This document shows, one piece after another, positions 36,661-48,670 of a stretch of 64,000 bases of DNA (within the stretch, counting starts at the first letter, position 1; each line of letters starts with the position of its first letter). A program made the translations under genes and the position numbers. The notes below the pieces were generated by a model. That model worked only from the letters and a program-made list of their open reading frames with translations, did not search any database and was not told the origin of the DNA. This DNA comes from Lama glama (taxonomy: Eukaryota): assembly GCA_028534125.1 (NCBI GenBank), contig CM052818.1:43154001-43218000 (forward strand), read 5' to 3'.

Positions 36661-39600
36661 GTGCACACATACACTTGAATGGAAAAATCCAGCAAACTTT
36701 GAACTAAAAGATAATCAAATATTAATGTTTTATTCTGCAGTTTAAATTCTTTTACTTTGGCTTAACTTAATGCCAACCTCTGTTTCTTTTTTTTTTCACA
36801 TCCAAAATAGAGCATAAAATTGTACTATCACCATTTAATTCAAACATCTGAATGTAATAACACCCACCAATTGTATAATGACTATAAACACATTCAGATA
36901 AAGCCCCTCAGACTTTTCATTTAGATGCTGGACACATAGACAGTGGCTCCAATAACTTGAGGCAAATCCTGTTTATAAAAGTAACAAAACAGACAACGAC
37001 ATCACATTTTCCATGGCAATTTCACATCACTCTGTCAGCCATGTTGTCATCTAGTTCTTCAAAGTAATTATAATGTTAGCATTTCAATTATAAGTAAGAA
37101 ATTGAAAACACATTCTGTAAACTTTCTATTCAAAGAAAAGACACATCTCAATTAAGGCACATAGTAATTGACACAGACATGGCAGGTGCCCCTACTGAGA
37201 GGCGATAAACTGCTGGTAAATAGACATAACGTACATTTAATACAAAAATATTATTGAATGTCACGACAATGACATCTCTTCAACAATTAGATTGAATTTG
37301 TTAATATGAGTGTTGAATGTTTTTGTACATCAGACTTTCTCATAGCAATAATGTGAGGTTAGTACTATTACCAGTACCTAAACATTTGGCAGATTAAGAA
37401 AATATAAACATGATGTGAAGAAATTTGTCCAACAGATTGCTATTAAATATTAGAGACAGAATTCAAACCCAGGAAGAGTATCTTCAGAGCCTTCACTCTT
37501 TGTCGCCGTGATATATTGCACTCCACAGATTGCACACTTCTCATATCAGGTTAGAGCTGTCTGTTAATGTCTTTCTGCATAAGCTATTGCTCTGCATTGT
37601 CCAGACACAAACTTTTTACACACTTTTAGGAACGACTGGAAACATCAAACTTGTCTCTTGTTACCTTTAGTGATGTGTTATTGTGTTATTATTTTTTTTC
37701 TGACCCATTTTGATACACCAGATGCTATTGCATATATTGAATGAGATTAGGGTGAGTTAGAGAAAGTAACACAGATAATAGAAAATGAACACAGCACAAG
37801 ATGCCTTCAAGGAGCACACATCTAAGTGAAGACAGAAAACACACATACACACACCATAAATATTCGATAAATATATTTAAATGAAATAATAGAACTTCAA
37901 ATTGAATCCTGTGAAAACTCAGAAAATTAAAAATTGTTTAGATAATTTTTTTATGATGGAAAGAAACACCTCGTGGGGAAGGTATTAATGACCTTGACCT
38001 GGAGCAGTGTTCTCAGCCATGCCTCTCCAGATGGTTTCAGTGTACAGCCAAAGCTGGGAAATGCTGTCCTAAAGACGAGTAGAAAATTGTGAGGCAGAAG
38101 TGAAGGGGAAAGACATCTCTAAAACCACAGTCACTCTGAAATTTACAATCTGAAAAGGGCTATTTTAACCAAGTGCCTGCAATATGCTATAAATAGCCAT
38201 AAATATATAAGTGCTAGACTGTATTAACAAACCTGAATTACATGAAAGTAAAATTTCATATGCAAAATTCCAAGGTAGATGATTTTTTCAGTCTTTTCAG
38301 TGCCCAAACCTCTCTCTCATTGTTGAACCTTTGTATCTCTGGGGCCCTGCCCTATCATTTGGAGAGAGAACACTTTTTCTCAAGACAGACCTCAAATCAG
38401 TGGGCTGAGTTTCTGTCAGATGGCATAAATCAAAAGCAGACAGAAGATTATCAGACCAGATTATTAACCTAACACAGAGGTTTAGAGTGAGAGCTGACAG
38501 TCAAATATTAGACCAGCATTTCTAAAATACTAGGCACACAAGACTCTGCTGATTGCTTGTGAATTTTTCTTCCTTTGAAGCAGACCCTTAGTAATAATGG
38601 CCAGAGTTGAGACATTAACCCAAAACAGGGTTAATAGTCTTTTCAGGTTTTCAAAAGCTTAAATAACCTTAAAAAGTGGAATTTTAAGGTAGCAGGTGAC
38701 AGGGAGTTCTGTCAGGGAAGGGGCTCTGTTTAGCTCCTCTAAAATCTCGGCAGGTGGGCAGTCATCTCTAGGTCTATGTGGGAGACTAACGCTGGAAACA
38801 GTCCCAATTATTGTGATAACACATTTTTCAGCCACCCACACAGTCTTTTCCTTAGAGCAGAGTTCTGTTTGGATAAATACATTGGAAAGCTGCTGTTTTC
38901 AAATGGCAGGTGAGTCTGTGTTCATTTCAGACAAAATATTCCACCATAAAACTTCTGTTGACAGGCCTATGGGCAAAGTAAATGAGCTCGTTAGAGCTGA
39001 GGACAGCAAGGGTGTTACTGTCTGGTGACAACTCACGGCTCCATCTTCCCGATTCTGCTGCGCGGCTCTGCTTGTCCTGACAGCCTTGAGGGGAGGAGAG
39101 CAGGGGCACTGTGTGCTTTGCTGGAGACAGAGTTATATCCCCCAGAGTGTCAGGACCCCTAAGGGGTATTTCCCACCCTCAGCATTATATAGGTTCTAAA
39201 GAGAAAAATACAAAAATTTAAAAATGCTAAACTTCTTATGTATGATTTGATATTAGTCTTTCTACATTTAAAGATTATACAGTTGTATGATGCTATAAAC
39301 ACAAACACACACACACACACGCCTTGAACTCAAAAACTAAACCTTGTAGTCCTGGCGTGGGAATTCTCTAATCTTGGCTAAATCAGACCCCCTTTCTAGT
39401 CCAATTTCTGAATCTCTGAAATTAATTGGCAAATTTCCACGTCCCTTCCAGGCCTAGCCTGCAAAGTGGTTTTAAATTTACTATAATTCATCTTTCGAAT
39501 ATCTATTTCTATAGCTTTCAGACTTTTTTTTTTGGATATTATCACTTCAAGTCTTTATTCTTTAAATATGTGTTAAGATCCAAGTATGCCCACAAAGAGT

Positions 39601-39959
39601 GGACTGTTACTGGAATTTCTTCTCTACCACTGAAAAGTAGAAACTGGTAAAGTGTATGAGACAAGTTTTCAGACCTTATATGACAGGCAGGTTAAGACTG
39701 TGATCTTGAGTGAAGAATAGTGGACAATGTGGTCCGATGGCTGCATGAACTTGCCACAGTCTGGGGATGTGGTACCATAAACAGAGATGGAAAACAAACA
39801 AACAAACAAACAAACAAAACAACAGAGCATATTATCTTGCTCTTGAGGGGAAAAGAAGAGTTTGGGGAAGAAACAGTGGTGATCAGCATATGTGGAATAG
39901 AGTACTAAATATGATGGAGAAAAGGACAGAGACAGGGAGATGAAGGCAGAGAGAGGAAC

Positions 39960-40640
39960 CATGAACTACTGCCGTGAGGTCCCCTGGACTCTTTGACTGA
40001 GTTCACAAATGTGAGCTGAAACTGCTCCAAACCAGAAAATGAACCACTGCAAAAGAATAGGCAAAAAGGAAAAAAAAAAAAGTTAAAATTCCTGGAGCTT
40101 AAACAAAGCAGGGAATATTTTTCAGAGGAGAGAAAATAGTCCCATCAACCAGTGTGGAAAGGTCTTGAAATGCTTGGGACATCGGATGGAGTCCTCAGAA
40201 TGAGGCTGTCCATGGTCGAAGCAAAGATTGTTCTGGGCCAGCTAAGAGAAATCTTAAAAGCAGGCTTCCAAAGGAGTGAACTGATTAAAAGTAATTTACT
40301 TGTGCCTTAGAACAAAATCTGAACCAGTTTTTAAAAGTCACAACAGAACCCAACTATCATCAACACAAAATACATAATGTTTGGTCTCTCATAAAAAATT
40401 ACCAGATATTCAAGTAAGCAGGACACTGTGACCCATGACCAGAACAAAAACAACCAACAGAAACTGACTCTGAAACAGCGGAGACACTGGAACTAGCAGA
40501 TAATAACCTCAAAACAGACATCTTGAAGCTAATTAACATGTTTAAGAATACAGAGGAAAAGTTGAGAACAATGAGAAAGAAAGATACAAAAAAAAAAAAG
40601 AAGAAACAAAAGTAATTTAGCGTCATAAACATTGAGATAG
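39960..40640 (+). mobile_element. old L1M 5' region / ORF1 start
   Basis: 'aaaaattaccagatattcaagtaagcaggacactgtgacccatgaccagaacaaaaacaaccaacagaaactgactctgaa...ggaactagcagataataacctcaaaacag'. Confidence 0.7.
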
Positions 40641-40661
40641 CATTTTAAAGTCATAGGTCTT

Positions 40662-40909
40662 TAAAAAAATTTTTTTTTACTTCTTATTTTGTATTGAAGT
40701 ATAGTCGATTTCCAATGTTAGTTTCAGGTATACAGCAAAGTGATTCATCTATACATACATTTTCTATACACATATCTTTTCCATTACAGCTCATTATAAG
40801 AAATTGAATATAGTTCCCTATGCTACACAGTGCGTCCTTGTTGTTAATTTTATATATAGTAATAGATTAGGAGTTGGGGATTAACAGATGCATAGTACTA
40901 TATATAAAA
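40662..40909 (-). mobile_element. young cetartiodactyl/camelid L1 3' end with 5' inversion and 17-bp TSD
   Basis: Antisense L1 tail 40662-40861 plus an opposite-orientation upstream L1 segment 40862-40909; TSD TTAAA(G/C)TCATAGGTCTT at 40645-40661 and 40910-40926. Confidence 0.85.
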
Positions 40910-41085
40910 TTAAACTCATAGGTCTTGATTAAATGACCTAGAGAGGGTATTTTAAGAAAGAAAGAAAGAAAAGAACATAAAGAAAGTAGTTATCTTCTGA
41001 GCTCAGGGCGCTCCAGATTGCCCAGACCAGAGACTGAATGGAAGGGCCTGGAGAGATCTGAGCACCATCAAAAGAGGGTGGCATC

Positions 41086-41130
41086 ATATCTTGTAATAAC
41101 CTTTAATAAAAAATAACATGAAAACAAATA

Positions 41131-41161
<31 letters not shown>

Positions 41162-41243
41162 ATGACTGGGACATTGTGTTGTACACTAGAAACTGACACA
41201 CTGTAACTGACTATTCTTCAATAATAATAATAATAATAAAAAT
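41086..41243 (+). mobile_element. young camelid-type L1 3' end containing (GT)n and an (AAT)n tail
   Basis: 'atatcttgtaataacctttaataaaaaataacatgaaaac...gcatgactgggacattgtgttgtacactagaaactgacacactgtaactgactattcttcaataataat'; partial TSD gtggca(t/c)ca. Confidence 0.85.
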
Positions 41244-42113
41244 TGTGGCACCACACAAGCTCAGAAAAGAAAGACTTTTAAGAAAGGATTAGTCTTCATT
41301 ATAAATGTGGCCGAGAGCTTATCATGAGGGCAGGGAGGTGATCCTTAGCTCTGGCAAAGTGGAAGGCATTAGTGATCTCGACAGCAAACATTTCAGCGAA
41401 GTAATGAAATAGAAATTGGAAAAGAATGGGAGGCCAGAAAGTGGAGGCAATGTCTACAGGGAACGCCTCTGTAAGAAACACAGGGGTGTGTGTTTCAGGA
41501 GGAATTATCGTTCTCTGATGGGAGCAAGATCTGAAGGACTTTGCAGCAGACTCCCCCTCTCTCACAGCACCTCAAGTTTTAGTGCACAGATCACATCCCA
41601 ATCAGCCAGCCACTGACCCATTACAGCACGGAGGAGCCTCTCCCTGCAGGGCTGTATATTCAGAGGGCGCAACAGCCCTCCTGGGTCTACCCTGCAGAAC
41701 TTCAAGGTACAGTGCTGTCAATTCTTTGTTGAGGGCTAGAGATCTGATACAAGGACACGGGTCCACAGGAGCCACCTTCACGTGGATGAAGTGTCACTGG
41801 CTTTCTGTGGTCATGTAGAGCCAGCCTGCCCCTATGCTTTGGAAACACGTTTAGGTTGTAATGCTGCTGAGCATAGATACATTTTGTTTCTTTCATTAAT
41901 GCAATGCCAGTGAAAGCCCTTGCTACCAGATGGGGTCAATGGAGCCAAAAAAAATTTCCAGAGTCAAAATACCGAGAGCTCGGTTCTATTCCCTCTCCAT
42001 GTTAAACACCTTTTATTTTACCACAACGTTCCTTAATCTGACCACTGTCCCACCATCGGTAGGCAAAACCACATTGCATGGCGGTCTCCCATGTTCCCTT
42101 GTCTCTCCATCTT

Positions 42114-42243
42114 TTTTGTTTTGTTTTGCTTTTTCTGGAGGAGGTCATTAGGTTTATTTATTTCTAATGGATGTACTGGGGGTTGAATCCAGGACCTCAT
42201 GCATGCTAAGCACACGCTCTACCGCTGAGCTATGCCCTCCCCC
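42114..42243 (-). mobile_element. tRNA-Ala-derived camelid SINE (vic-1-like)
   Basis: Reverse complement 'ggggagggcatagctcagcggtagagcgtgtgcttagcatgcatgaggtcctggattcaacccccagtacatccattagaaataaataaacctaat...aaaa'; A/B boxes; TSD TCTCT(C/T)CATCTT at 42102-42113 and 42245-42256. Confidence 0.9.
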
Positions 42244-43751
42244 ATCTCTTCATCTTGATGTCTTATTCCCACTGATCCTCAGGCACCTTTACCTCCTCCC
42301 GATTGGCACAGTTATGGTGATCTACCCCTCCCCCAGCCAGTTCCTCCTCCACGTTTCCACATTTCCACGTTTCCGACCAGTTCAGCCCTCATCCCTGTCC
42401 ACAGAGCAGTGTTGACAGCTGCAGTGCTCTACTTCCCACCCTTGGGCAGGAAGCAGGGGGAGGGCTGTGGGACATGATTGCTACACATCCTGCTGTTATG
42501 AAGCTATAAATCGTAGCAGCAAGATGGGAACATGCCAGGTAGTGTGCAAGTTTCTATATACATGAGCTCATAGCATCCTCACAGAACCCAGGGAGTTAAG
42601 TGGTAACATTTTCATTTATTGGACAAGGGAACTGACTCAACCATTTTCTGCAACGAGGCCAAAGTTGACAAGCTGGTAGGTAGCAGACAAGAATTCAAAT
42701 CATGTTTGTCTATCTACCCTGTTTATTTCCCACTGTTGCAACACCACTTTCCAGAAATACGTTACCAGAATGTTCTTTTACAGAGATATCTTACTCAATT
42801 GTTCTTTTCACCTGTCTGAGCCTCGTGTTTGCTGCTGTTTCTCCCACTGCACATCCATCAAATCTCTGTTTGGCAGGTCTTCTCTGGAAAACCTTTTCTG
42901 ACACCCACCCGAGGCGACATCTCATAAGAGTTCCTTATTCTTACGGTGATGTACTGTATTTGCAATTTGCCCGTGCCTTCCGTGCAGTGTTTATGGATGA
43001 ACGGACGGATGCCTAAACAAACGAACGAGTGAGGGAGCTTTAAACATTTCAGAATGGATCTTGCATATTGACCTGGGGCCTCTGCACATCCTGGCAGAGA
43101 CACAGCACACTAAGGAGGCCTGAGAGAAGCATTTTGCTCTAACCCTGGACCAGGGGAAGCAGCGCCCTCTGACCTGGGGTTGTTTATCACCATACCTGTC
43201 ACACAGGACTGAGTTTTTCCACCTGCAGCCCGTCCTCTGTACTGTGCCACGTCTGTCTGTTTGATTGCATCCCCGCCTCTCCACCAGCAATTCAGAAATT
43301 TCCCATCTCTTAAAATGAGTCCTGTCAATTTTCTCAGATGCCATTTGCTCCTTTTCTCAGGACTTCTGTTCCCTTATTAATGACTCTCTTCCTTTGGTGC
43401 TTGAAGTACACTGGCTCCTTAATATCTTCCACTTTCCCCTTTGAGAGAAACATCTCGTTCCTGTCACTTGTACCTAGTATGAGCTCATCTTTAACTTTTT
43501 TTTTTTTTTTTTGCTTCAGGCCTTGAAACTCTTTGAGTGCTTCACTCATTAGTCTCTGTAACTAATTTCCATCTGAGTCTGGCTTTGGAGCACCTGAGCC
43601 TTCCTTGGCTGGGAAACAGCTGTCTCTAAGTTGACAGGCGTCATCTTCCTGTCTCAGCTGCCCCCGTGGCTCAGGGCATCAGGGCACTCTGTAGTTCCAG
43701 AAGTTAATATTATGAAACCCTGCAGCTGGCTTTTGCAAACTTACTCAAGTA

Positions 43752-43862
43752 GTACCACTGGACCCAAGTTTGTGTGCTCAATGCACAGTGAGGCCAAACA
43801 AATGGAAACGTCGGAGTTTAGAGCAGAGAAGGGTTTGTTGCAGGGCCGAGTGACGAGAATGA
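43752..43862 (-). mobile_element. ERV1-type LTR U5/R fragment
   Basis: 'gcacagtgaggccaaacaaatggaaacgtcggagtttagagcagagaagggtttgttgcagggcc' resembles the 3' end of a common laurasiatherian LTR read antisense. Confidence 0.6.
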
Positions 43863-43864
43863 AT

Positions 43865-45680
43865 GTTCAAGAGGTTAGGATGTGTGCTGGACCATAAAAC
43901 AAGACTGAATACCTTTTAAAGCATTGAAATTACACAGAGTGTATTTTCTAATCAAAATGTTTTTTGTGTTAGAAATCAACAAAAATAAATTACATAGGAA
44001 AGCCCCACTTACTTTTAAATGAGAGAGCCAACATCTAAATAATCCAGGGGTTAAAGATTAAATCACAAGGAAATATCAAAATTTCTTTTAACTGAGTATC
44101 AATTAAAACACAGCAGATAAAAATTTGTAGGATCTTCGAAATTTACACAGCTACTCTGTCGTCGTAGAGGTGGATGGAGCTCCCCGTCCCTTAAGTGCAA
44201 GCTGGGTATAGTGACCTCCTTTCAGAGTACAGCCTGGAAAGGGGAGAGGGGAGGAACTTCACAGTGGAGCAATCTGACAAAACTGCCTAATCTACGTGTG
44301 AATTATATCAACGTGGTGATTCACATTGAGGGTGTGTAGCCTTGATATGATGTGGTGAAAACTGAACCTTATCTCCATGATCTTTCTCTCCAGAACCCAT
44401 GGCCTCAGTTTAATCACGAGAAGAACATCAAGCAAATGTAGTTGAGGGATATTCTACAATATACGTGATCAGCGTTTTTTTAAAACTGTCAAGGTAATCA
44501 AAGCAAACGAAAAAGCCTGAGAAACTGTCACAGCCAAGAAGAGCCTAAGGAGAAATAGTACCTAAATATAACGTGGTCCCTGGATCAGATCCCAGAACAG
44601 GAAAAGAACAGAGGGTAAAGACTAAGGTAATCTGAATAGCAGAAAACTTTTAACTTTAAATGTTTACATTTGTAGACAAGAAAGATTTAAAATCAGTGAT
44701 CTAAGCTTCCACATATGATCTAAAGTAGAAAAACAGAAATAGTGCAAATATAAACAGAGCAAATGGAAAGTAGAAGGAATAAAACCATAAAGATAAAAGC
44801 AAAAATCAATCTATTAAATTGACAGAAGAAATAAATGGAAGAACAAATGAAACCAAGAGATGATTCTCTGAAATGACAGAGTTTATTTAAAAAAAACCAA
44901 ACAAAAAACCAAAAACCTCTAGGACTTGCAGCTCAAGAAAAACAGAGAGAAAAGACTAATAAAACAATATCTGGAATGAATGCAAAGTTATCAATGCAGA
45001 TCCTACATGTTAGATGAATAATAAGGGAATATATAAAACAACATTTTGGTCATAATTTCAAAATTTAAATTAAATGAACAACCTTTCTGAAAAACAAAAA
45101 TTACCAAAGCTCAGTCAAAAGGAAATAAATAGAATAAATAATTCTTTATCTATTAAATAAATCAAATTTATTGATTCAAATCATGTCGCAAAGAAAACTC
45201 TAGGCTTAGATGGCATCACTGGTGAATTCTGATAGCTTTTAACGTGATGTAGGGCATCTGTAAATAATCCATTACTTAACATCATAATTAATAACAAAAG
45301 ACTGAAAGCCTTACCCCTAATATCGGGGGGGGGGAAGAAAAACAAAGTATCTGCTCTCACTATACCTATTCAACATTCCCTAAAGGCCCTAGATAGCACA
45401 ATAATGCAAGAAAAAAATAAATACAGATAAGAAAGGAAGAAATGAAACTCTATTCATAGACCACATGACTGTCATCAAAGAACATCCCAAGCAACTCCAC
45501 CAGGAAGTCTACTTTAATACCTGAATCTAACAAGTTTGCAGATCCATATAAAATTAATTAGATTTCTATATATTAGCAATAAAAATTTGGAAAATAAAAT
45601 TAATACAATTTTAAAAATAGTAATCATTTAAAATTGCATCTAAACACATAAAATGCATAGGTGTAAATCTAACAGAGTAC
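43865..45680 (+). mobile_element. L1M ORF2 fragment with a nested L1MC3/4-type 3' UTR piece (~44140-44640)
   Basis: 'ggcttagatggcatcactggtgaattct', 'aaagactgaaagccttacccctaatatcgg'; nested 'aaactgtcaaggtaatcaaa...ctgagaaactgtcacagccaagaagagcctaaggaga...ggatcagatcccagaacag'. Confidence 0.85.
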
Positions 45681-46389
45681 GTACACTCATTCTTCTTGCT
45701 AACTAGTCAGTCTGGCTCCTGCAGTACGTTCTTCCAGCATTACCATCAGTTCTTCGTTTTACTTGCCTTGCACATGTGGAGTGCAACAACTTCTGCAGGG
45801 GGTCTCTAGAAACCACAGAAGGTATTTGTCTGCTCTCTAAACAAACTTCCATTTCAACAAGTCTGCTCTTTTCACTATTCCCTTAACTCATCTTTCTCCA
45901 GCAAATCTAGATTCCGTCCATAGACAGAAACTAGTTTTCTCCTCAGGATTAAATAGGAAATGTCCACTATTATACAAAGCCGCTACTTACTTTGAAATGG
46001 ATAAATGGATAAAAAGGCATATATCTGCATTGAATTAACTGTAACATTTGCCATGGATGAAAAGATTAGAAAGGAGGTCCTATTAAGGAAAACAAAATCA
46101 TTCTGAATACAAGATGCAGAAAACAGGCCCAAGTTAGAGAAATAAACTGAGATTTTCAGGGTCAGGGTTGAGACAGTTGCACACACTGATGGGACTAAGG
46201 TAGAGCTAGACACAAGGTAGGGATGGAGACTGTCTGCTTTTGTCAAGTGTAGACCACTACATTCAAGACATAGCTCAGGTAGCACTGATTCAAGCAGTAG
46301 CAATGAATAATCAGTATTCTGTTTTCCATACTTTAACTATATATATATATAAAAATCTTTCTGTATTATTTTAATTGACTGTTGTTGTA

Positions 46390-46672
46390 TGCAGTTAGCT
46401 TCCCATATCTACAATGCCACATCCACAGATTGATCTTAGAACAAAAGTATTTGCAAAAAAAAAAAAATTCCAGAAGTTCCAAAAAGGAAAACTGGAAGTC
46501 GTTGTGCATCCGACAGCTATGTACACAGCATTTACGTTATATTAGGTATTGCAAGTAATCTAGGGGTGATTTAAAGCATACAGGAGGATGCACATAGGTT
46601 ATTTGCAAGTACTACATACACTGCTTTATGTAAGGGACTTGAGCATCTGCAGATTTTGGTGTCCAGGGTTCA
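46390..46672 (-). mobile_element. MER2/MER2B element (partial)
   Basis: 'attaggtattgcaagtaatctaggggtgatttaaagcatacaggaggatgcacataggttatttgcaag...taagggacttgagcatctgcagattttggtgtcc'. Confidence 0.85.
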
Positions 46673-47403
46673 GAACCGCAGAATTGCACTTTCCCTTTTG
46701 GTCTTTACCTTTGCTTAGTAGACATACTTTTCAAATTCCATTTTAAAATTAGCATGTCTATTGTTTACTTATTCTCAAACATATTTCTCTGACAAAATAA
46801 TGAACAGTACACTCTCAGCTCCAGCAAGGTCCCCTTCATAAATGCCCAGGAGACTGCCTATCTCTCATGTCCATATGGTTAAGGTTTTCACGTTTAATCC
46901 ATCATCCCCATATTGACAATAAACATAGTTGCAACATAAATATTAATAAAAAGGATCGGAGACATTTCTTTCATCCTCATCCCTTATATTGTCATTTTGT
47001 TGTTTAGGAAACTAATTTCTGACTTTCCTTTTGCTCAGTGATACAATTTCAGGACAATAAATAGCTTGATTTTCAGTTTTTCAGTGGAGGTTCACTTTGG
47101 GAAGAGAATAATTAGAATTTATTTTAGAATTTTCAAAAACAATTTTGGAAAGAAAGATTTATTTGCATTTTCATTCTGCTTTAAATCATTTTTAAGTCTT
47201 ATTGAGGTGTTGGGAATTTTTTGGCTAGGAATTCACCAAACATTTCAAGTGTGTTCATGTTATCTTCAGAAGGCTGTGAAAAATGCTTGCTGTGAAAGGA
47301 TAAGGGGGTACTTTTATTAGCCTAATTAGCAAAAACAGTGAAAGGTCGTACAAATAAAATAACAGCACTATATAGCTTGGATTGATTTTTTAATGAAAAG
47401 GAA

Positions 47404-47405
<2 letters not shown>

Positions 47406-47448
<43 letters not shown>

Positions 47449-47502
47449 TATTATTATTATTATTATCTTATTATTATTACTACTACTATTACTATTACTA
47501 CT
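47406..47502. repeat. compound (ATT)n/(ACT)n trinucleotide microsatellite
   Basis: About 30 ATT/ACT units. Confidence 0.95.
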
Positions 47503-47535
47503 AAATAAAAACCAAGAACTAAAAGAAGTGCTCAC

Positions 47536-47678
47536 TGGTAGGCACATCCCCCAGCGGAGAGGCGGCAGGATAAAGTGGCTCGCATTCCCGAACGTCTGCT
47601 CTGTTCCTCTCCCTCCGCAGGATTTCCCACTGTCCCCCTACTTTCACATGAAGCTGGTCTCCCAGGCAGAAATGCATC
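47536..47678 (-). other. candidate exon (first or internal) in a CpG-retaining patch
   Basis: Minus strand: acceptor-like 'cacttctttcccag|G' at 47678 and donor 'CCA|gtgagc' at 47536; two open frames; 9 CpG in ~175 bp. Confidence 0.3.
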
Positions 47679-48169
47679 CTGGGAAAGAAGTGCTGCCGCG
47701 CTCTCTCTCCGAAGTTCTTTCTGACTCCAGCTTAAAAAAAAAAACAACAAAAAAAAAACCTTTTTCATAGTACAGATTCAACTCTCATCATCCAAAAGAA
47801 TTTACAATAGCTGATAGATAGGCAATTATTTGATCTCTTTTTGCCTCCAGAGATGAGAAATACAAATTTGCTTGTTTTCAGTAACTCATGAAAAGCAAGC
47901 AGATGTAACAGTCTTGATCTGGTCAACTAGAGCTGCCTGCAAGGTTGCTTTAGTTTATACGGAGTTTCTAAACTGCATTTAATCCAATCTAAGAAAATAA
48001 AAAACTTTAAGATTATCTTCATCCCCTACTTTAAACTGGTAATTTGTCTTCATAGAAAGTAAGCAGCCCCTCTTTTTTTTTTTTTTTCCCGTGACAATCT
48101 TGGGAGAGATGTAACATTCTTTGAGTTTAGAAACGGGTTCAGTCTTCTTCCCATACTTCTTCCTTGTGA

Positions 48170-48670
48170 TGATGCTAGGTGACAATGTTGAGGAGTTCTG
48201 CTCAGATGTTTTATAAAATGTCCCTGAGTTGAAATTTGTCTGAGTTTTAAAAATGATTTTCCTGGAGTCATGTGTTTTGGGGAGAAAGACGAACAGAGGT
48301 AAAGTCTCAGTCTTATCACATCATAGCAAAGGTACATACTACACACAAAACTGATCACTGTTGATTTAATCTTTATCATTGTTCCAGAGATAGATAGTGT
48401 TTGTTAGGTTCCTCAAGTGTAAAATTACTTTTTTTCCCTTCCCTTTCCATATTGCAGTCTTTGTGAAAAAAGTCATTACACACAGCCCACATGTAAACAG
48501 GGGGAAAGGTTTCACTTCTCTTAAGGTCGAAGTACTTACATAAATTATTTGGGATTATTCTACAAAGGATATTTGTCTATTCTCTCCCACTTATTTATTT
48601 ATTCAACCACCCATTTACCTCTGCATGGACCCATGGTGTTTATTTTACACTTTGGGTTATAACACTTATA
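48170..48670 (-). mobile_element. L1MC4-type 3' UTR fragment
   Basis: 'ttttataaaatgtccctgagttgaaatttgtctga...gttttggggagaaagacgaacagaggtaaagt...cacagcccacat...atttgtctattctctcccacttatttatttattcaa'. Confidence 0.8.

Noticed and set aside
42170..42243. tRNA-Ala-like sequence
   Set aside because: It is the head of a SINE with tail, A-rich end and TSD; the acceptor stem is imperfect.
47548..47570. CTCF-like 'ccagcggagaggcggc'
   Set aside because: Several mismatches in the core consensus.
47393..47770. 125-aa ORF with poly-Ile/poly-Leu that looks like a signal or transmembrane segment
   Set aside because: Artefact of translating the (ATT)n/(ACT)n microsatellite.
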